Shown here piece by piece: positions 11,992 to 21,200 of a stretch of DNA of 36,171 nucleotides. The DNA is from an uncultured Azospirillaceae bacterium (GTDB lineage Bacteria > Pseudomonadota > Alphaproteobacteria > RF32 > CAG-239). Numbering within the stretch: position 1 is the first letter of the stretch; each line of letters starts with the position of its first letter. The translations under genes and the position numbers were made by a program. The stretch lies in NCBI GenBank assembly GCA_964370255.1, contig CAYJIO010000001.1, positions 1-36,171 on the forward strand. The letters run 5' to 3'. The notes under the pieces were generated by a model that had not been told where the DNA came from, did not search any database, and saw only the letters and a program-made list of their open reading frames with translations.

Positions 11992-12668
11992 AACTTCCGG
12001 TTATAAATGTTTTAAGTGATAGTTTGACTTATATGGTTGAAAACTATAAGATTGCAGCATCGTTTGCAATGATAAACTTTGTTTTGCTTTTGGTCTCATC
12101 AATTTTGGGTGGTTGGACAAACTTGTCATTTTTGTTTTCTTTGTCTTTGATATATGTGTTGTGGGTTGCTTATTTTAGGCTTTATTTTCAAAAAAAACCA
12201 TTGATTGATTATAAATCTGTAACGCATTCTTTGATGCCTTCTACAAAAATATTATTGTTTATGTTTTTGTTTGGAATAATATTGGTGTTTTTGCCATATA
12301 TATTTATATATTTGGGCTTGCCGATTGATTTTATGGAACAATATATTGATGACTCTTATTTGTTAAATTTGGTTTTGATTTTTTTGTTTTTGCTTGTTTC
12401 ACCAAATGTTTTATATCGTCCATATTTTGCTTGGATTGGCTCTGTTGTTGATAGAAATAAAAGCATTAGATTTGCGTTTAATCATACAAAAGGAAATTAT
12501 TTTAGGTTTTTGTTTATATTAATTTTTATTAATGCGTTGATGTTTTTTGTTCATAGTGTTTGTCCTTTTGAGTGGATTGAGCTTTTATTTGTTTCTGTAA
12601 TATTTACATATTTTAATATTGTGTTGGCAAAATCATATGAGTTCTTTTTTGTTAATGGGGTGCAATGA
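11988..12668 (+). CDS. Polytopic membrane protein, unknown function
   Basis: 226 aa with about 6 hydrophobic segments. ATGA overlaps with both neighbours place it in the GNAT-rnhB operon. Confidence 0.55.
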   Translation: MKLPVINVLSDSLTYMVENYKIAASFAMINFVLLLVSSILGGWTNLSFLFSLSLIYVLWVAYFRLYFQKKPLIDYKSVTHSLMPSTKILLFMFLFGIILVFLPYIFIYLGLPIDFMEQYIDDSYLLNLVLIFLFLLVSPNVLYRPYFAWIGSVVDRNKSIRFAFNHTKGNYFRFLFILIFINALMFFVHSVCPFEWIELLFVSVIFTYFNIVLAKSYEFFFVNGVQ

Positions 12669-13300
12669 GTTCTAGCTATAAGTTTGAGATTGAAAACCAA
12701 TATGGTAATATGGTTTGTGGTATTGATGAAGCAGGCAGAGGGCCTTGGGCTGGACCTGTGGTGGCTGGCTCTGTTGTTTTTTTGAGCCAAGAGATTGATG
12801 AAAATATATTAAATATGCTTGATGATTCAAAAAAAATCTCTGCAAAAAAAAGACAATTAGCGTTTAATGCTCTTTATAAGTTAAAAGACGAGGGTAAGGT
12901 CTTAATTGGGGTCGGAGAAGCAAGCGCTGAAGAAATTGATGAGCTAAATATCTTAAACGCGACTTTTGTTGCAATGAACAGGGCGGTTAAAGATATGGGG
13001 CGAAAGCCAAACTTTGCAATTGTTGACGGCAACCAAAAACCAAAAGATATGTGCTGTGATTGCAAGCCTATTATTAAAGGAGATAGCAAATCTTTTTCTA
13101 TTTCTGCAGCGTCAATTGTTGCAAAAGTTTATCGTGACAAAAAAATGAGTGAATATGCTCTTAAATATCCTCAATATGGGTTTGAAAAACACGCTGGCTA
13201 TGGAGTGAAGAAACATATTGAAGCCTTGAGCCAATACGGGATTACGCCAATTCATCGAAAATCTTATAAGCCAATTATGAGGTATTTAGTTAATGATTAA
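12665..13300 (+). CDS. rnhB: Ribonuclease HII
   Basis: 211 aa. GIDEAGRGPWAGPVV active-site motif, DDSKK, and IVDG..., typical of RNase HII. Confidence 0.93.
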   Translation: MSSSYKFEIENQYGNMVCGIDEAGRGPWAGPVVAGSVVFLSQEIDENILNMLDDSKKISAKKRQLAFNALYKLKDEGKVLIGVGEASAEEIDELNILNATFVAMNRAVKDMGRKPNFAIVDGNQKPKDMCCDCKPIIKGDSKSFSISAASIVAKVYRDKKMSEYALKYPQYGFEKHAGYGVKKHIEALSQYGITPIHRKSYKPIMRYLVND

Positions 13301-13826
13301 GGATAATTTTTTATTGCTTTCTTGTTGTGCGCCATGTAGCGTTGCTGTGATTAAAACCTTGGCTGAGGCTGAGCACAATTTTATGGTGGTGTTTTATAAT
13401 CCAAACATTGTGCCAGATATAGAGTATCAAAAAAGAAGAGATGAAAATGAAAAAATCTGCAATATTTATGGCATAAAATTTATTGAGCTTGAGTATGATA
13501 ATCAGGTTTGGCAGCAGGCAGTTCAAGGGCTTGAAGATGAGCCAGAAAGAGGCAAAAGATGCTCTGTTTGCTTTGGCTTAAGGCTTAAACGGGTGATGGA
13601 ATATGCAAAAGCAAATGGGTTTTCTGGCGTTGCTAGTGTTTTGGGGACTTCTAGGTATAAGGACTTGGCACAAGTAAATGAAGCCGCTTATAAAATGTCT
13701 TTGGAAACAGGTGTTGCTTATTTTGATATTGAGCTTAGAAAAGGCGGAATGCAAGAGCTGAGCAATCGTTTAATTAAAGAGCATAATTTATATCATCAAG
13801 ATTATTGTGGCTGCAAGCCAAGGTAG
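13293..13826 (+). CDS. queH: Epoxyqueuosine reductase QueH (DUF208)
   Basis: 177 aa. Motifs CCAPCS, FYNPNI.P..EY..R, GKRCSVCF and the C-terminal YCGC are diagnostic of QueH. Confidence 0.85.
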   Translation: MIKDNFLLLSCCAPCSVAVIKTLAEAEHNFMVVFYNPNIVPDIEYQKRRDENEKICNIYGIKFIELEYDNQVWQQAVQGLEDEPERGKRCSVCFGLRLKRVMEYAKANGFSGVASVLGTSRYKDLAQVNEAAYKMSLETGVAYFDIELRKGGMQELSNRLIKEHNLYHQDYCGCKPR

Positions 13827-13914
13827 CGATAAATGCGTTTTATGTGATAATGTTAAAAACATCTTGATTTTAAGAACTCTATGATGTAGTTTGAATATAT
13901 ATTAGGAGAGAATA

Positions 13915-14709
13915 ATGTTAGTAGATAGTCATTGTCATTTGGATTATAAAGATTTTAGAGCAGATTTTGATGAAATTTTAAGCAATGCAAAAGAAAAAGG
14001 CGTTTGTGCGATATTAAACGCAGGGGTTAACCTCGCAGGCATTGAAGAACAGCTTGAGTTGTCAAAGAAAGTTCCTTTTGTGTGGAACGCTGTTGGTATT
14101 CATCCTCATGATGCAAAAGATTATCCAGATTTTTGTGCTCAAGATTTGTTGAAGTATGTTAACGATAAAAAAGTTGTTGCTATTGGCGAGTGTGGGCTTG
14201 ATTATTATTATAATCATTCTGAAAAAGATATCCAAAAGAAAGTTTTTGAAACACAGATAAAAGTTGCTCAAGAATGTAATTTGCCAATTATTATTCATAC
14301 GCGTGATGCTGATGATGATATGATAGAGATATTGGATGATTATTATCAATTAAAGCCTTTTAAGGCCGTTATACATTGTTTTTCTGGCTCTCAGAGATTG
14401 GCGGACTTTGCAATTTCTAAGGGGTTTTATATCTCTGCTTCTGGGATTGTTACGTTTAATAAATCTTTTGGCCTGCAAGAGGTTTTTAAATCTGTGCCCC
14501 TTGAAAATTTGTTGGTTGAGACAGATGCTCCGTTTCTAGCACCTGCTCCTTTTAGGGGAAAAAGAAATGAACCTGCTTTTGTTTATTATGTGGCAGAAAA
14601 ATTGGCACAATTAAAAAATGTTTCTTTAGATGACATTGCAGAGATTACGACAAACAATTTTTTTAGGCTTTTTGTTAAGGCAAGTGATAAGAAAGGGAAT
14701 AAGCTTTGA
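13915..14709 (+). CDS. tatD: TatD-family metal-dependent DNase/hydrolase
   Basis: 264 aa with DSHCHLD, IGECGLDY, IIHTRDA, HCFSG and ETDAPFL motifs. Confidence 0.9.
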   Translation: MLVDSHCHLDYKDFRADFDEILSNAKEKGVCAILNAGVNLAGIEEQLELSKKVPFVWNAVGIHPHDAKDYPDFCAQDLLKYVNDKKVVAIGECGLDYYYNHSEKDIQKKVFETQIKVAQECNLPIIIHTRDADDDMIEILDDYYQLKPFKAVIHCFSGSQRLADFAISKGFYISASGIVTFNKSFGLQEVFKSVPLENLLVETDAPFLAPAPFRGKRNEPAFVYYVAEKLAQLKNVSLDDIAEITTNNFFRLFVKASDKKGNKL

Positions 14710-15482
14710 AACAAATTATTATATTAGGCTCTGGAGCTGCACCTGGTGTGCCTTCTGTTGCGCTGGGTTTTGGAAAATGTAATCCAAATAACTTAAAAAA
14801 TTATCGGACAAGAACCTCAGCTTATGTTGAGATTGATGGTGATAAGATACTGATAGATACGTCTCCTGACTTAAGAACACAGATGATTGCAGCAGGTATC
14901 AGAGAGCTTGATGGTGTTTTATATACTCATTCTCATGCTGACCATTTGCACGGAATTGATGACTTGCGCGAGATAAACAGAGTTATGAGAAAGCCATTAA
15001 ATATTTATGCGACTTCTAAAACAATGAGACATATAAAAAAACGTTTTGGCTATTTGATATCGTCTAAAAACGATGGCATTGTTACAGCGTCTTTGGTGTC
15101 TAATAAGATAAAAAAGAATAAAGCTTTTTATATTGGCAACACAAAGATTGTGGCAGTTGAGTTATTGGGACATTTGGTGCCGACAGTTGCTTATGTTTTT
15201 AATGATGGAGAGATTGTTTATATCTCTGATTGCAAGGACGTTGATAAAAATCTTTTTAAGGCAATAAAAAAAGAAGTTGGAACCTTAATCTTGCCTTTAA
15301 CAAATATTTATTCTCATGCTTATCATATGGATATTAATAAAGTTAATGAAATTATAGAAAAAATTAAACCACAAAAAGCAATTATTAACCATATGTCAAC
15401 TTGTTGTGATTATGATGAGGTTAATAATTTGACAAATGACAACGTGTTTCCCGCTTATGATGGGATGAAAGTAGAGATTTAA
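14706..15482 (+). CDS. MBL-fold metallo-hydrolase (PhnP-like)
   Basis: 258 aa. HSHADHLHG metal motif. The TTG start overlaps the tatD stop. The tatD / MBL-hydrolase / metG neighbourhood recurs in alphaproteobacteria. Confidence 0.8.
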   Translation: MKQIIILGSGAAPGVPSVALGFGKCNPNNLKNYRTRTSAYVEIDGDKILIDTSPDLRTQMIAAGIRELDGVLYTHSHADHLHGIDDLREINRVMRKPLNIYATSKTMRHIKKRFGYLISSKNDGIVTASLVSNKIKKNKAFYIGNTKIVAVELLGHLVPTVAYVFNDGEIVYISDCKDVDKNLFKAIKKEVGTLILPLTNIYSHAYHMDINKVNEIIEKIKPQKAIINHMSTCCDYDEVNNLTNDNVFPAYDGMKVEI

Positions 15483-16349
15483 ATGAAAACATTATGCATA
15501 TATCACATTGCAGACCATGACGGAAAAGGAAGTGCTGGGATAGTTAAGAGCGTTTATCCAAACACTAACTTTTTTGGGTATAATCATGACATGACAGTTC
15601 CATATGACAAGATTGAGAAAGCAGACAGAGTTATTGTTTGCGACATTGCGTTGCCGGTTGATTATATGTTTGAGCTTGCAAAAACAAAAGATTTGATTTG
15701 GATTGATCATCATATTTCTGTTATTAATGAATATGAAGAGTATATGAAAACAGGAAAGTATGAGCCAATAAAAGGAATTAGAAAAAACGGAGTTGCTGCA
15801 ATTGAGCTGACTTGGAATTATTTTTATCCTAACAAGGAAGTGCCTTTGGGGATTAAACTATTGGCCTTAAATGATTTATTTTTGCTTGAAGACCCTAGGG
15901 TTAGGGCTTTTGAATATGCTTTTCAGTCATTTGGGGTTAATAGACCAAACGAGCCAATATGGCAAGACTTGATTGAAGGCAGAATTGATGTTGATGAAAC
16001 AGTTGCCAAGGGAAATGCCATTTTAGACTGGATTAGGATTAGAAACTTTAGGCTTTCTAAGGCTCTTGTGTTTGAAAGTGAGTTTATGGGCATGAAGTGC
16101 TTGTGTGCAAATATGCCACAAGGTTATTCTGAGTTTTATGACAGTGTTGAAAATAAACATAAGTTTGACTTTTTTATCAACTTTTATATGAACTCAAGGC
16201 AAAATTGGAAAATGACATTTTATACAGAAAGAGATGATGTTGATGTGTCTAGGTTGGCCGCGCAATTTGGTGGTGGTGGGCACAGAAAAGCCAGTGGCGC
16301 AAATTCAGCAACTCTTCCTAGGTTTTTAGATAAAAAAGAAAAGGTGTAA
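15483..16349 (+). CDS. DHH/DHHA1-family phosphoesterase (NrnA-like)
   Basis: 288 aa. Motif I HIADHDGKGSAG, motif II VIVCD, motif III WIDHH, and DHHA1 GGGGHRKASGA. Confidence 0.8.
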   Translation: MKTLCIYHIADHDGKGSAGIVKSVYPNTNFFGYNHDMTVPYDKIEKADRVIVCDIALPVDYMFELAKTKDLIWIDHHISVINEYEEYMKTGKYEPIKGIRKNGVAAIELTWNYFYPNKEVPLGIKLLALNDLFLLEDPRVRAFEYAFQSFGVNRPNEPIWQDLIEGRIDVDETVAKGNAILDWIRIRNFRLSKALVFESEFMGMKCLCANMPQGYSEFYDSVENKHKFDFFINFYMNSRQNWKMTFYTERDDVDVSRLAAQFGGGGHRKASGANSATLPRFLDKKEKV

Positions 16350-16355
16350 AAAGAT

Positions 16356-18041
16356 ATGGAAAGAAAATTAATTACTTCAGCTTTGTTATATATTAATGGT
16401 TTGCCGCATTTGGGGCATATTATTGGGTGCTTGATGCCATCTGACTTGTATGCAAGATTTTCTCGTGCTATGGGCGATAAGGTTTTATATATTTGTGGAA
16501 CAGATGAGCATGGCGCTGCGGTAGAAATTGCAGCAAATAAGGCCGGTGTTGATATTAGGGAATATTGCACAGACTATTTTAAGCAACATAAAGAGATTTA
16601 TGAAGGATTTAATCTTTCTTATGATTATTTGGGCAGAAGCTCTGATGATGCATCTAAAGAATTGACGTATCGCATTTTTAGTGAGCTTGATAAAAATGGA
16701 TATATTGTTGAAAAAACAATGAAGCAAGTATTTTCAATTGATGATAATATGTTTTTGGCTGATAGATATATTTATGGAACTTGTCCATATTGCGGTTATG
16801 ATAAAGCAAGGGGCGATCAGTGTGAAAACTGCACAAAAGTTTTGGAAGCAACAGATTTAATCAACCCAAAATCAGCAATATCAGATAGCTCAAACATTGA
16901 AGTTAGAGAAACAAGACATTTGTTTTTAGACCTTCATAAAGCGGAGCCAAAATTAAAAGAATGGCTGAAAACCAAAGCTGGCGTGTGGCCTGATGTGGCT
17001 TTTTCTATTGCGCAAAAATGGCTTAAAGAAGGTTTGCAAGAAAGATGTATTACTCGTGATTTGAAATGGGGTTTTCAGGTGCCTAAAAAAGGTTTTGAAG
17101 ATAAAGTTTTTTATGTGTGGTTTGATGCTCCAATATCTTATATTGGGATTACAAAACAATGGGCAGATGCAACAGGCAATAAGTGGGAAGATTGGTGGTT
17201 AAATCAAGATGATGTGTCTTCTTATCAATTTATGGGAAAAGATAATGTGCCTTATCATGCAATATCGTTTCCGGCAACGCTTATTGGGGCGCAAGAAAAC
17301 TGGACGCAGGTTAATATGCTTAAAGGCGGAAGCTATTTGACTTTTGAAGGTGGCAAGTTTTCAAAGTCTGAAAATAGGGGTATTTTTGCAAAAGAAGCAC
17401 TAGAAGAATTTGGTGCTGATTATTGGCGTTATTGGTTGATGGCAAATGCTCCTGAAAGTTCTGATACAGAGTTTACGTTTGATGGCTTTGCTGGTGTTGT
17501 TAATAAAGACCTTAATGGTGTGTTGGGTAATTTTGTTTCTAGGGTCTTGAAAATGACAGCATCAAAACTTGGTTCAGAAGTGCCTGAAATATCTTCTGAG
17601 ATTACAGAAGTTGAAACGCAGATGCTTGATAATCTGCAGGCAAGAATAGATGCATATATTGAGCATATGCAAAAATGTGAGATTAGAAAAGCAATGGCAG
17701 AGCTGCGTGCAATGTGGGTTGAGGGCAATAACTATATTTCAACAACAGAGCCTTGGGCGGTTATAAAAACAGATGAGAATAGAGCAAAAACAATATTAAA
17801 TATTTGTATTAATCTAATTAGAATTTTTGCAATATTTACAAGTCATATAATGCCTCAAACGGCAGAAAAAATGCTTGAGCAATTGGGTCTTACACCAGAG
17901 TATAATATAAAAGACTTTAATGTGGCAAAAGAGATTTCTGTCTTGCCTGCGGGGCACAACTTTGTTGTTGGAGAGCCTTTGTTTGAAAGAATTTCTGATG
18001 AAAGAGTTGTTGAGCTTAAAGAAAAATATGGAGCAGCTTGA
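16356..18041 (+). CDS. metG: Methionine--tRNA ligase
   Basis: 561 aa. HIGH-type motif PHLGH, KMSKS-type motif KFSKS, and zinc knuckle CPYCG...CENC. Confidence 0.95.
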   Translation: MERKLITSALLYINGLPHLGHIIGCLMPSDLYARFSRAMGDKVLYICGTDEHGAAVEIAANKAGVDIREYCTDYFKQHKEIYEGFNLSYDYLGRSSDDASKELTYRIFSELDKNGYIVEKTMKQVFSIDDNMFLADRYIYGTCPYCGYDKARGDQCENCTKVLEATDLINPKSAISDSSNIEVRETRHLFLDLHKAEPKLKEWLKTKAGVWPDVAFSIAQKWLKEGLQERCITRDLKWGFQVPKKGFEDKVFYVWFDAPISYIGITKQWADATGNKWEDWWLNQDDVSSYQFMGKDNVPYHAISFPATLIGAQENWTQVNMLKGGSYLTFEGGKFSKSENRGIFAKEALEEFGADYWRYWLMANAPESSDTEFTFDGFAGVVNKDLNGVLGNFVSRVLKMTASKLGSEVPEISSEITEVETQMLDNLQARIDAYIEHMQKCEIRKAMAELRAMWVEGNNYISTTEPWAVIKTDENRAKTILNICINLIRIFAIFTSHIMPQTAEKMLEQLGLTPEYNIKDFNVAKEISVLPAGHNFVVGEPLFERISDERVVELKEKYGAA

Positions 18042-18766
18042 TGGCTAGAAAAAGGAACAGAATTAAAGATGATGATAGAATAGCCTTAAAAGGAAAAGCA
18101 AGAACGTTTCATAAAATTGCAAGGTTTATTTTGTTTCCTATTTTTCATCCTTTTATTATGCTGTTTATTTTATTTATGTTATGGTTGACGCCGACTTTTT
18201 TGGGCGCCAAACCAACAACAGTGCACTTGTGGTATAAGCAAAAAATTGATGAGATATTTGTAAAAAAAATAATTGAACCAATTAAAACAGAAGTTGCAAC
18301 TCATATTGGTATAGAGCCTTTATATGAAATAAGAGCTGAAAAACCAAAAGAAAAAAAAGACCCTAATTATGACGTAAATGCCAGAAGAAAAATTTTTGCA
18401 AAAGTGCAAGAAAACAAAAAAAATGTGTTTGCAAAAAAAGAAGAGGTGTTAACAAGACCAGACTTAACTTATTTAAAAGTGCCAGAAATGGTTGTTGGAA
18501 ATGTTTTAGTGATTAATGCTAATCAAATTTTGGTTGGCAAAAAATTTATGTTCTTTCATGGAATATATATAGACCCTAATTCAGAGCTAGGAAAAGAGGC
18601 AGAAGCTTTTTTGACAAATCTTTTTGATAATAAAGAGGTTTTTTGCAACGTTGTTGCTTATAGTAATAAGGGCGATGCAACAGCTTTTTGCAAACTTGAT
18701 GGGGTTGATGTTAATCGCTTGTTGGTTGAAAAAGGGTTATCAAAGAACGTTGGGTTAGGTGAGTGA
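18038..18766 (+). CDS. Membrane-anchored protein with a degenerate staphylococcal-nuclease-like (SNase/OB) C-terminal domain
   Basis: 242 aa. Basic N-terminus plus one TM segment. The C-terminus VINANQILV..FFHGIYIDPNS..GKEAEAFL..VDVNRLLVEKGLSK aligns by eye to the SNase pattern, but the catalytic positions are substituted. Confidence 0.5.
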   Translation: MMARKRNRIKDDDRIALKGKARTFHKIARFILFPIFHPFIMLFILFMLWLTPTFLGAKPTTVHLWYKQKIDEIFVKKIIEPIKTEVATHIGIEPLYEIRAEKPKEKKDPNYDVNARRKIFAKVQENKKNVFAKKEEVLTRPDLTYLKVPEMVVGNVLVINANQILVGKKFMFFHGIYIDPNSELGKEAEAFLTNLFDNKEVFCNVVAYSNKGDATAFCKLDGVDVNRLLVEKGLSKNVGLGE

Positions 18767-20210
18767 TATGTGGCAACCAGTATTTATGATTTCAGGCTAC
18801 TTCTTTTCTGTTTTGGGATTTTTTATGCTTTTGCCAGCAGGGGTAGACATTTTTTTTGAAGGAATGAAATGGTCGCCTTTTTTGTCTTCTGCAATAGTTG
18901 TTGTGTTTGTTGGTTTGTCTTTGTTTTTGGCAAACAAAACTCAAATACATAGATTAAGCACGCATCAAGGATATTTGTTGACAGCTATTTCATGGGGAGG
19001 GTGCGCTCTTTTTTCTACCTTGCCTTTTATTTTATCTGGAAGTTTTCCTTCATATACAGATGCGTTCTTTGAGGCTTTTTCTGGAATAACTGCAACAGGA
19101 GCAAGTGTGGTTTCAAATATAGAGGCCTTGCCAAAGTCAATTTTGTTATGGCGATCTTTATTAAACGCAATAGGTGGCATTGGTATTGTAATTTTTGCAA
19201 TTGCTGTCTTGCCGCTATTGGGAATTGGCGGAATGCAAATATTTCAAAGAGAAAACTCAGACTTTGGGGAGCAATTTTTGCCTAAGATGGGAGATATTGC
19301 AAAAAGAATTATAGTCGTTTATGCGTTGTTTTTTATATTATGCACATTGAGCTTATTTTTTGCAAAAATGAGTTTGTTTGATGCAATAAATCATAGTCTT
19401 ACAACAATATCTACGGGTGGATTTTCTACAAAAAATAATTCTTTGGCATTTTATGATAGCTTTTTGGTAGAGTTTGTTACAATAATTTTTATGATATTAG
19501 GCTCTCTTCCGATGAGTTATTATTTGTTAATGTTTTTTGCAAATAAAGGAAAGTCTTTGAAAGTTGCTCAGATTGTAACGTTTTTTCAGGTTTTGGTTTT
19601 TTATGTTGCTTTGGTTACGTTGATTTTGGTAGTGCAAAATACTTATTCATTTATTGATGCATTGCGTTATTCATCCTTTAATGTAATTTCTATTATGACA
19701 ACAACAGGTTTCTCATCTGTTGATTATATGAAATGGGGTAATTTTGCTTTTGTTTTATTTTTGATATTTGCTCTTACTGGTGGTTGCACTGGGTCTACAA
19801 CTGGATCTGTAAAAATATTTAGATGGCAGGCTTTGTTTGCATATTTAAGAAACGCTTTGTCAAAATCTTTTTCTTCAAACTTAATTAAGCAACCAACAAC
19901 AAGGGGTGTTGTAATTAGTGAAGATGTTATTAACTCTGTATTGATAATGATTGGTTTTTATTTATTAACGTTGGCGGTTATTATTGTTTTATTAAATGTT
20001 GATGGGGTTTCTTTTGAAGTTGCTATTAGCGGGGCAATTGCTTGCTTTACAAATACAGGCCCTGGGGTAGGGGACTTGATTGGCCCAATTGGAAATTATG
20101 CAACATTATCTGATTTTTCAAAGTATGTGTTGTCTATTGGAATGCTCTTAGGCAGGCTTGAAGTGCTTACTGTTTTGGTGTTGTTCTCTCATAGTTTTTG
20201 GAAAGATTGA
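18759..20210 (+). CDS. trkH: TrkH-family potassium uptake protein
   Basis: 483 aa, polytopic. Four pore-loop glycine motifs: TATGAS, STGGFS, TTTGFS and NTGPGV. The start is GTG 18759 or ATG 18768. Confidence 0.9.
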   Translation: MSDMWQPVFMISGYFFSVLGFFMLLPAGVDIFFEGMKWSPFLSSAIVVVFVGLSLFLANKTQIHRLSTHQGYLLTAISWGGCALFSTLPFILSGSFPSYTDAFFEAFSGITATGASVVSNIEALPKSILLWRSLLNAIGGIGIVIFAIAVLPLLGIGGMQIFQRENSDFGEQFLPKMGDIAKRIIVVYALFFILCTLSLFFAKMSLFDAINHSLTTISTGGFSTKNNSLAFYDSFLVEFVTIIFMILGSLPMSYYLLMFFANKGKSLKVAQIVTFFQVLVFYVALVTLILVVQNTYSFIDALRYSSFNVISIMTTTGFSSVDYMKWGNFAFVLFLIFALTGGCTGSTTGSVKIFRWQALFAYLRNALSKSFSSNLIKQPTTRGVVISEDVINSVLIMIGFYLLTLAVIIVLLNVDGVSFEVAISGAIACFTNTGPGVGDLIGPIGNYATLSDFSKYVLSIGMLLGRLEVLTVLVLFSHSFWKD

Positions 20211-20211
20211 G

Positions 20212-20904
20212 ATGTATTCAGAAAAATTTCAGAGATTTATTGATATATGGCTTAAGGAATATGCTCTTAATAAAACAATAGAGGAAAAAAAATCTATTGA
20301 TAAAGATGGCAACCCAATTCCTTGGTATACGTATCCTGCGATTGAATATTTATCTCAGTTTGATTATTCTCAAAAAAAAGTGTTTGAGTTTGGGGTGGGG
20401 TATTCTTCTTTGTATTGGGCAAAAAGGGCAAAATCTGTAATCTCAATTGAGGATAATCAAGAATATTATAAGCGTTGGACAACCGAGTTTAATGAAGATA
20501 ATCTTGAAATTAAATGGCGAGATGAAGGCAACGCTTATGAAGATGCAATATTTGAAGATGAAGAAAAATATGATGTTATAATAATAGATGGCAAAAGAAG
20601 AGCTGAGTGTGCAGAAGTTGCTGTTAAAAAAATATCTGATAATGGGTTTATAATTCTTGATGATGCAGACAGAATAAATGTCTCACACGAATATGTGAAC
20701 GCTGTTGAGGCATTAAAAAAAGGAAACTTTTTGCAAGTAGATTTTTATGGCTTTTGCCCAATGAATAATTTTTCAAAAACAACAAGTATATTTTTTCAGA
20801 GAAGTTTTAATTTTGCCATAAAGTCAGATGTGCAGCCTGCAAACGGTATAGGTAACCTATGGGCTATGGAGAGGCGTGCACGCAAACAATTGTTTAAGAG
20901 GTAA
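20212..20904 (+). CDS. Putative class I SAM-dependent methyltransferase-like protein
   Basis: Start trimmed to ATG 20212 (MYSEKF...), because the track start 20158 is TTG inside trkH. VFEFGVGYSS resembles SAM motif I, and the acidic loops ISIEDN and IIIDG follow it. Confidence 0.5.
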   Translation: MYSEKFQRFIDIWLKEYALNKTIEEKKSIDKDGNPIPWYTYPAIEYLSQFDYSQKKVFEFGVGYSSLYWAKRAKSVISIEDNQEYYKRWTTEFNEDNLEIKWRDEGNAYEDAIFEDEEKYDVIIIDGKRRAECAEVAVKKISDNGFIILDDADRINVSHEYVNAVEALKKGNFLQVDFYGFCPMNNFSKTTSIFFQRSFNFAIKSDVQPANGIGNLWAMERRARKQLFKR

Positions 20905-21005
20905 ACTCATATAATTGACTACTACTTGAAGGTTTACTCCTCGTGTACGTTTTGTGTGTACACGTCGTCGCAAACCTTCTGCGTATTAGCCTAATTCTAT
21001 GAGTT
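20904..21005. repeat. Palindromic MITE-like repeat, copy A1
   Basis: Terminal inverted repeats AACTCATATAATT / AATTCTATGAGTT. Core CCTCGTGTAC-GTTTTGTG-TGTACACGTCGTCG. The left end overlaps the stop codon of the upstream gene. Confidence 0.7.
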
Positions 21006-21200
21006 TTAGCATGGACTACTACTTGAAGGTTTACTCCTCTTAAAAGGTAATTTATGGGCATCTTCTTGCAACTTGCCAGCCTCGAGTGCTATTTTGCACA
21101 CGTCGGCTGTCAACTCACGTCGCATGTGCCTCATAACTCACCTTTTATTTATAGGCTAGGCATCTTCTTGCAACTTGCCTAGAGTTTTAGCTTGGACTAT
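21006..21200. repeat. Composite or nested copies of the same repeat family (A2 and partial copies)
   Basis: An exact 26 nt copy of the A1 arm (GACTACTACTTGAAGGTTTACTCCTC) sits at 21014-21039. An imperfect palindrome spans 21041-21147 (TAAAAGGT...ACCTTTTA). A 21 nt direct repeat GGCATCTTCTTGCAACTTGCC occurs at 21057 and 21159. GAGTTTTAGC(A/T)TGGACTA occurs at 21001 and 21182. Confidence 0.65.

Noticed and set aside
16220-16570. 116 aa minus-strand ORF spanning the DHH-gene end and the metG start
   Set aside because: It overlaps two well-supported plus-strand genes, has no RBS and has a low-complexity translation.
20158-20211. N-terminal extensions given by the ORF track (20158 TTG; also 26299 and 26186 starts, and 11503 TTG for lepA)
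   Set aside because: The extensions overlap upstream genes or lack an RBS. Internal ATGs with a good SD and proper signal peptides or conserved N-termini exist at 20212, 26194, 26240 and 11485.
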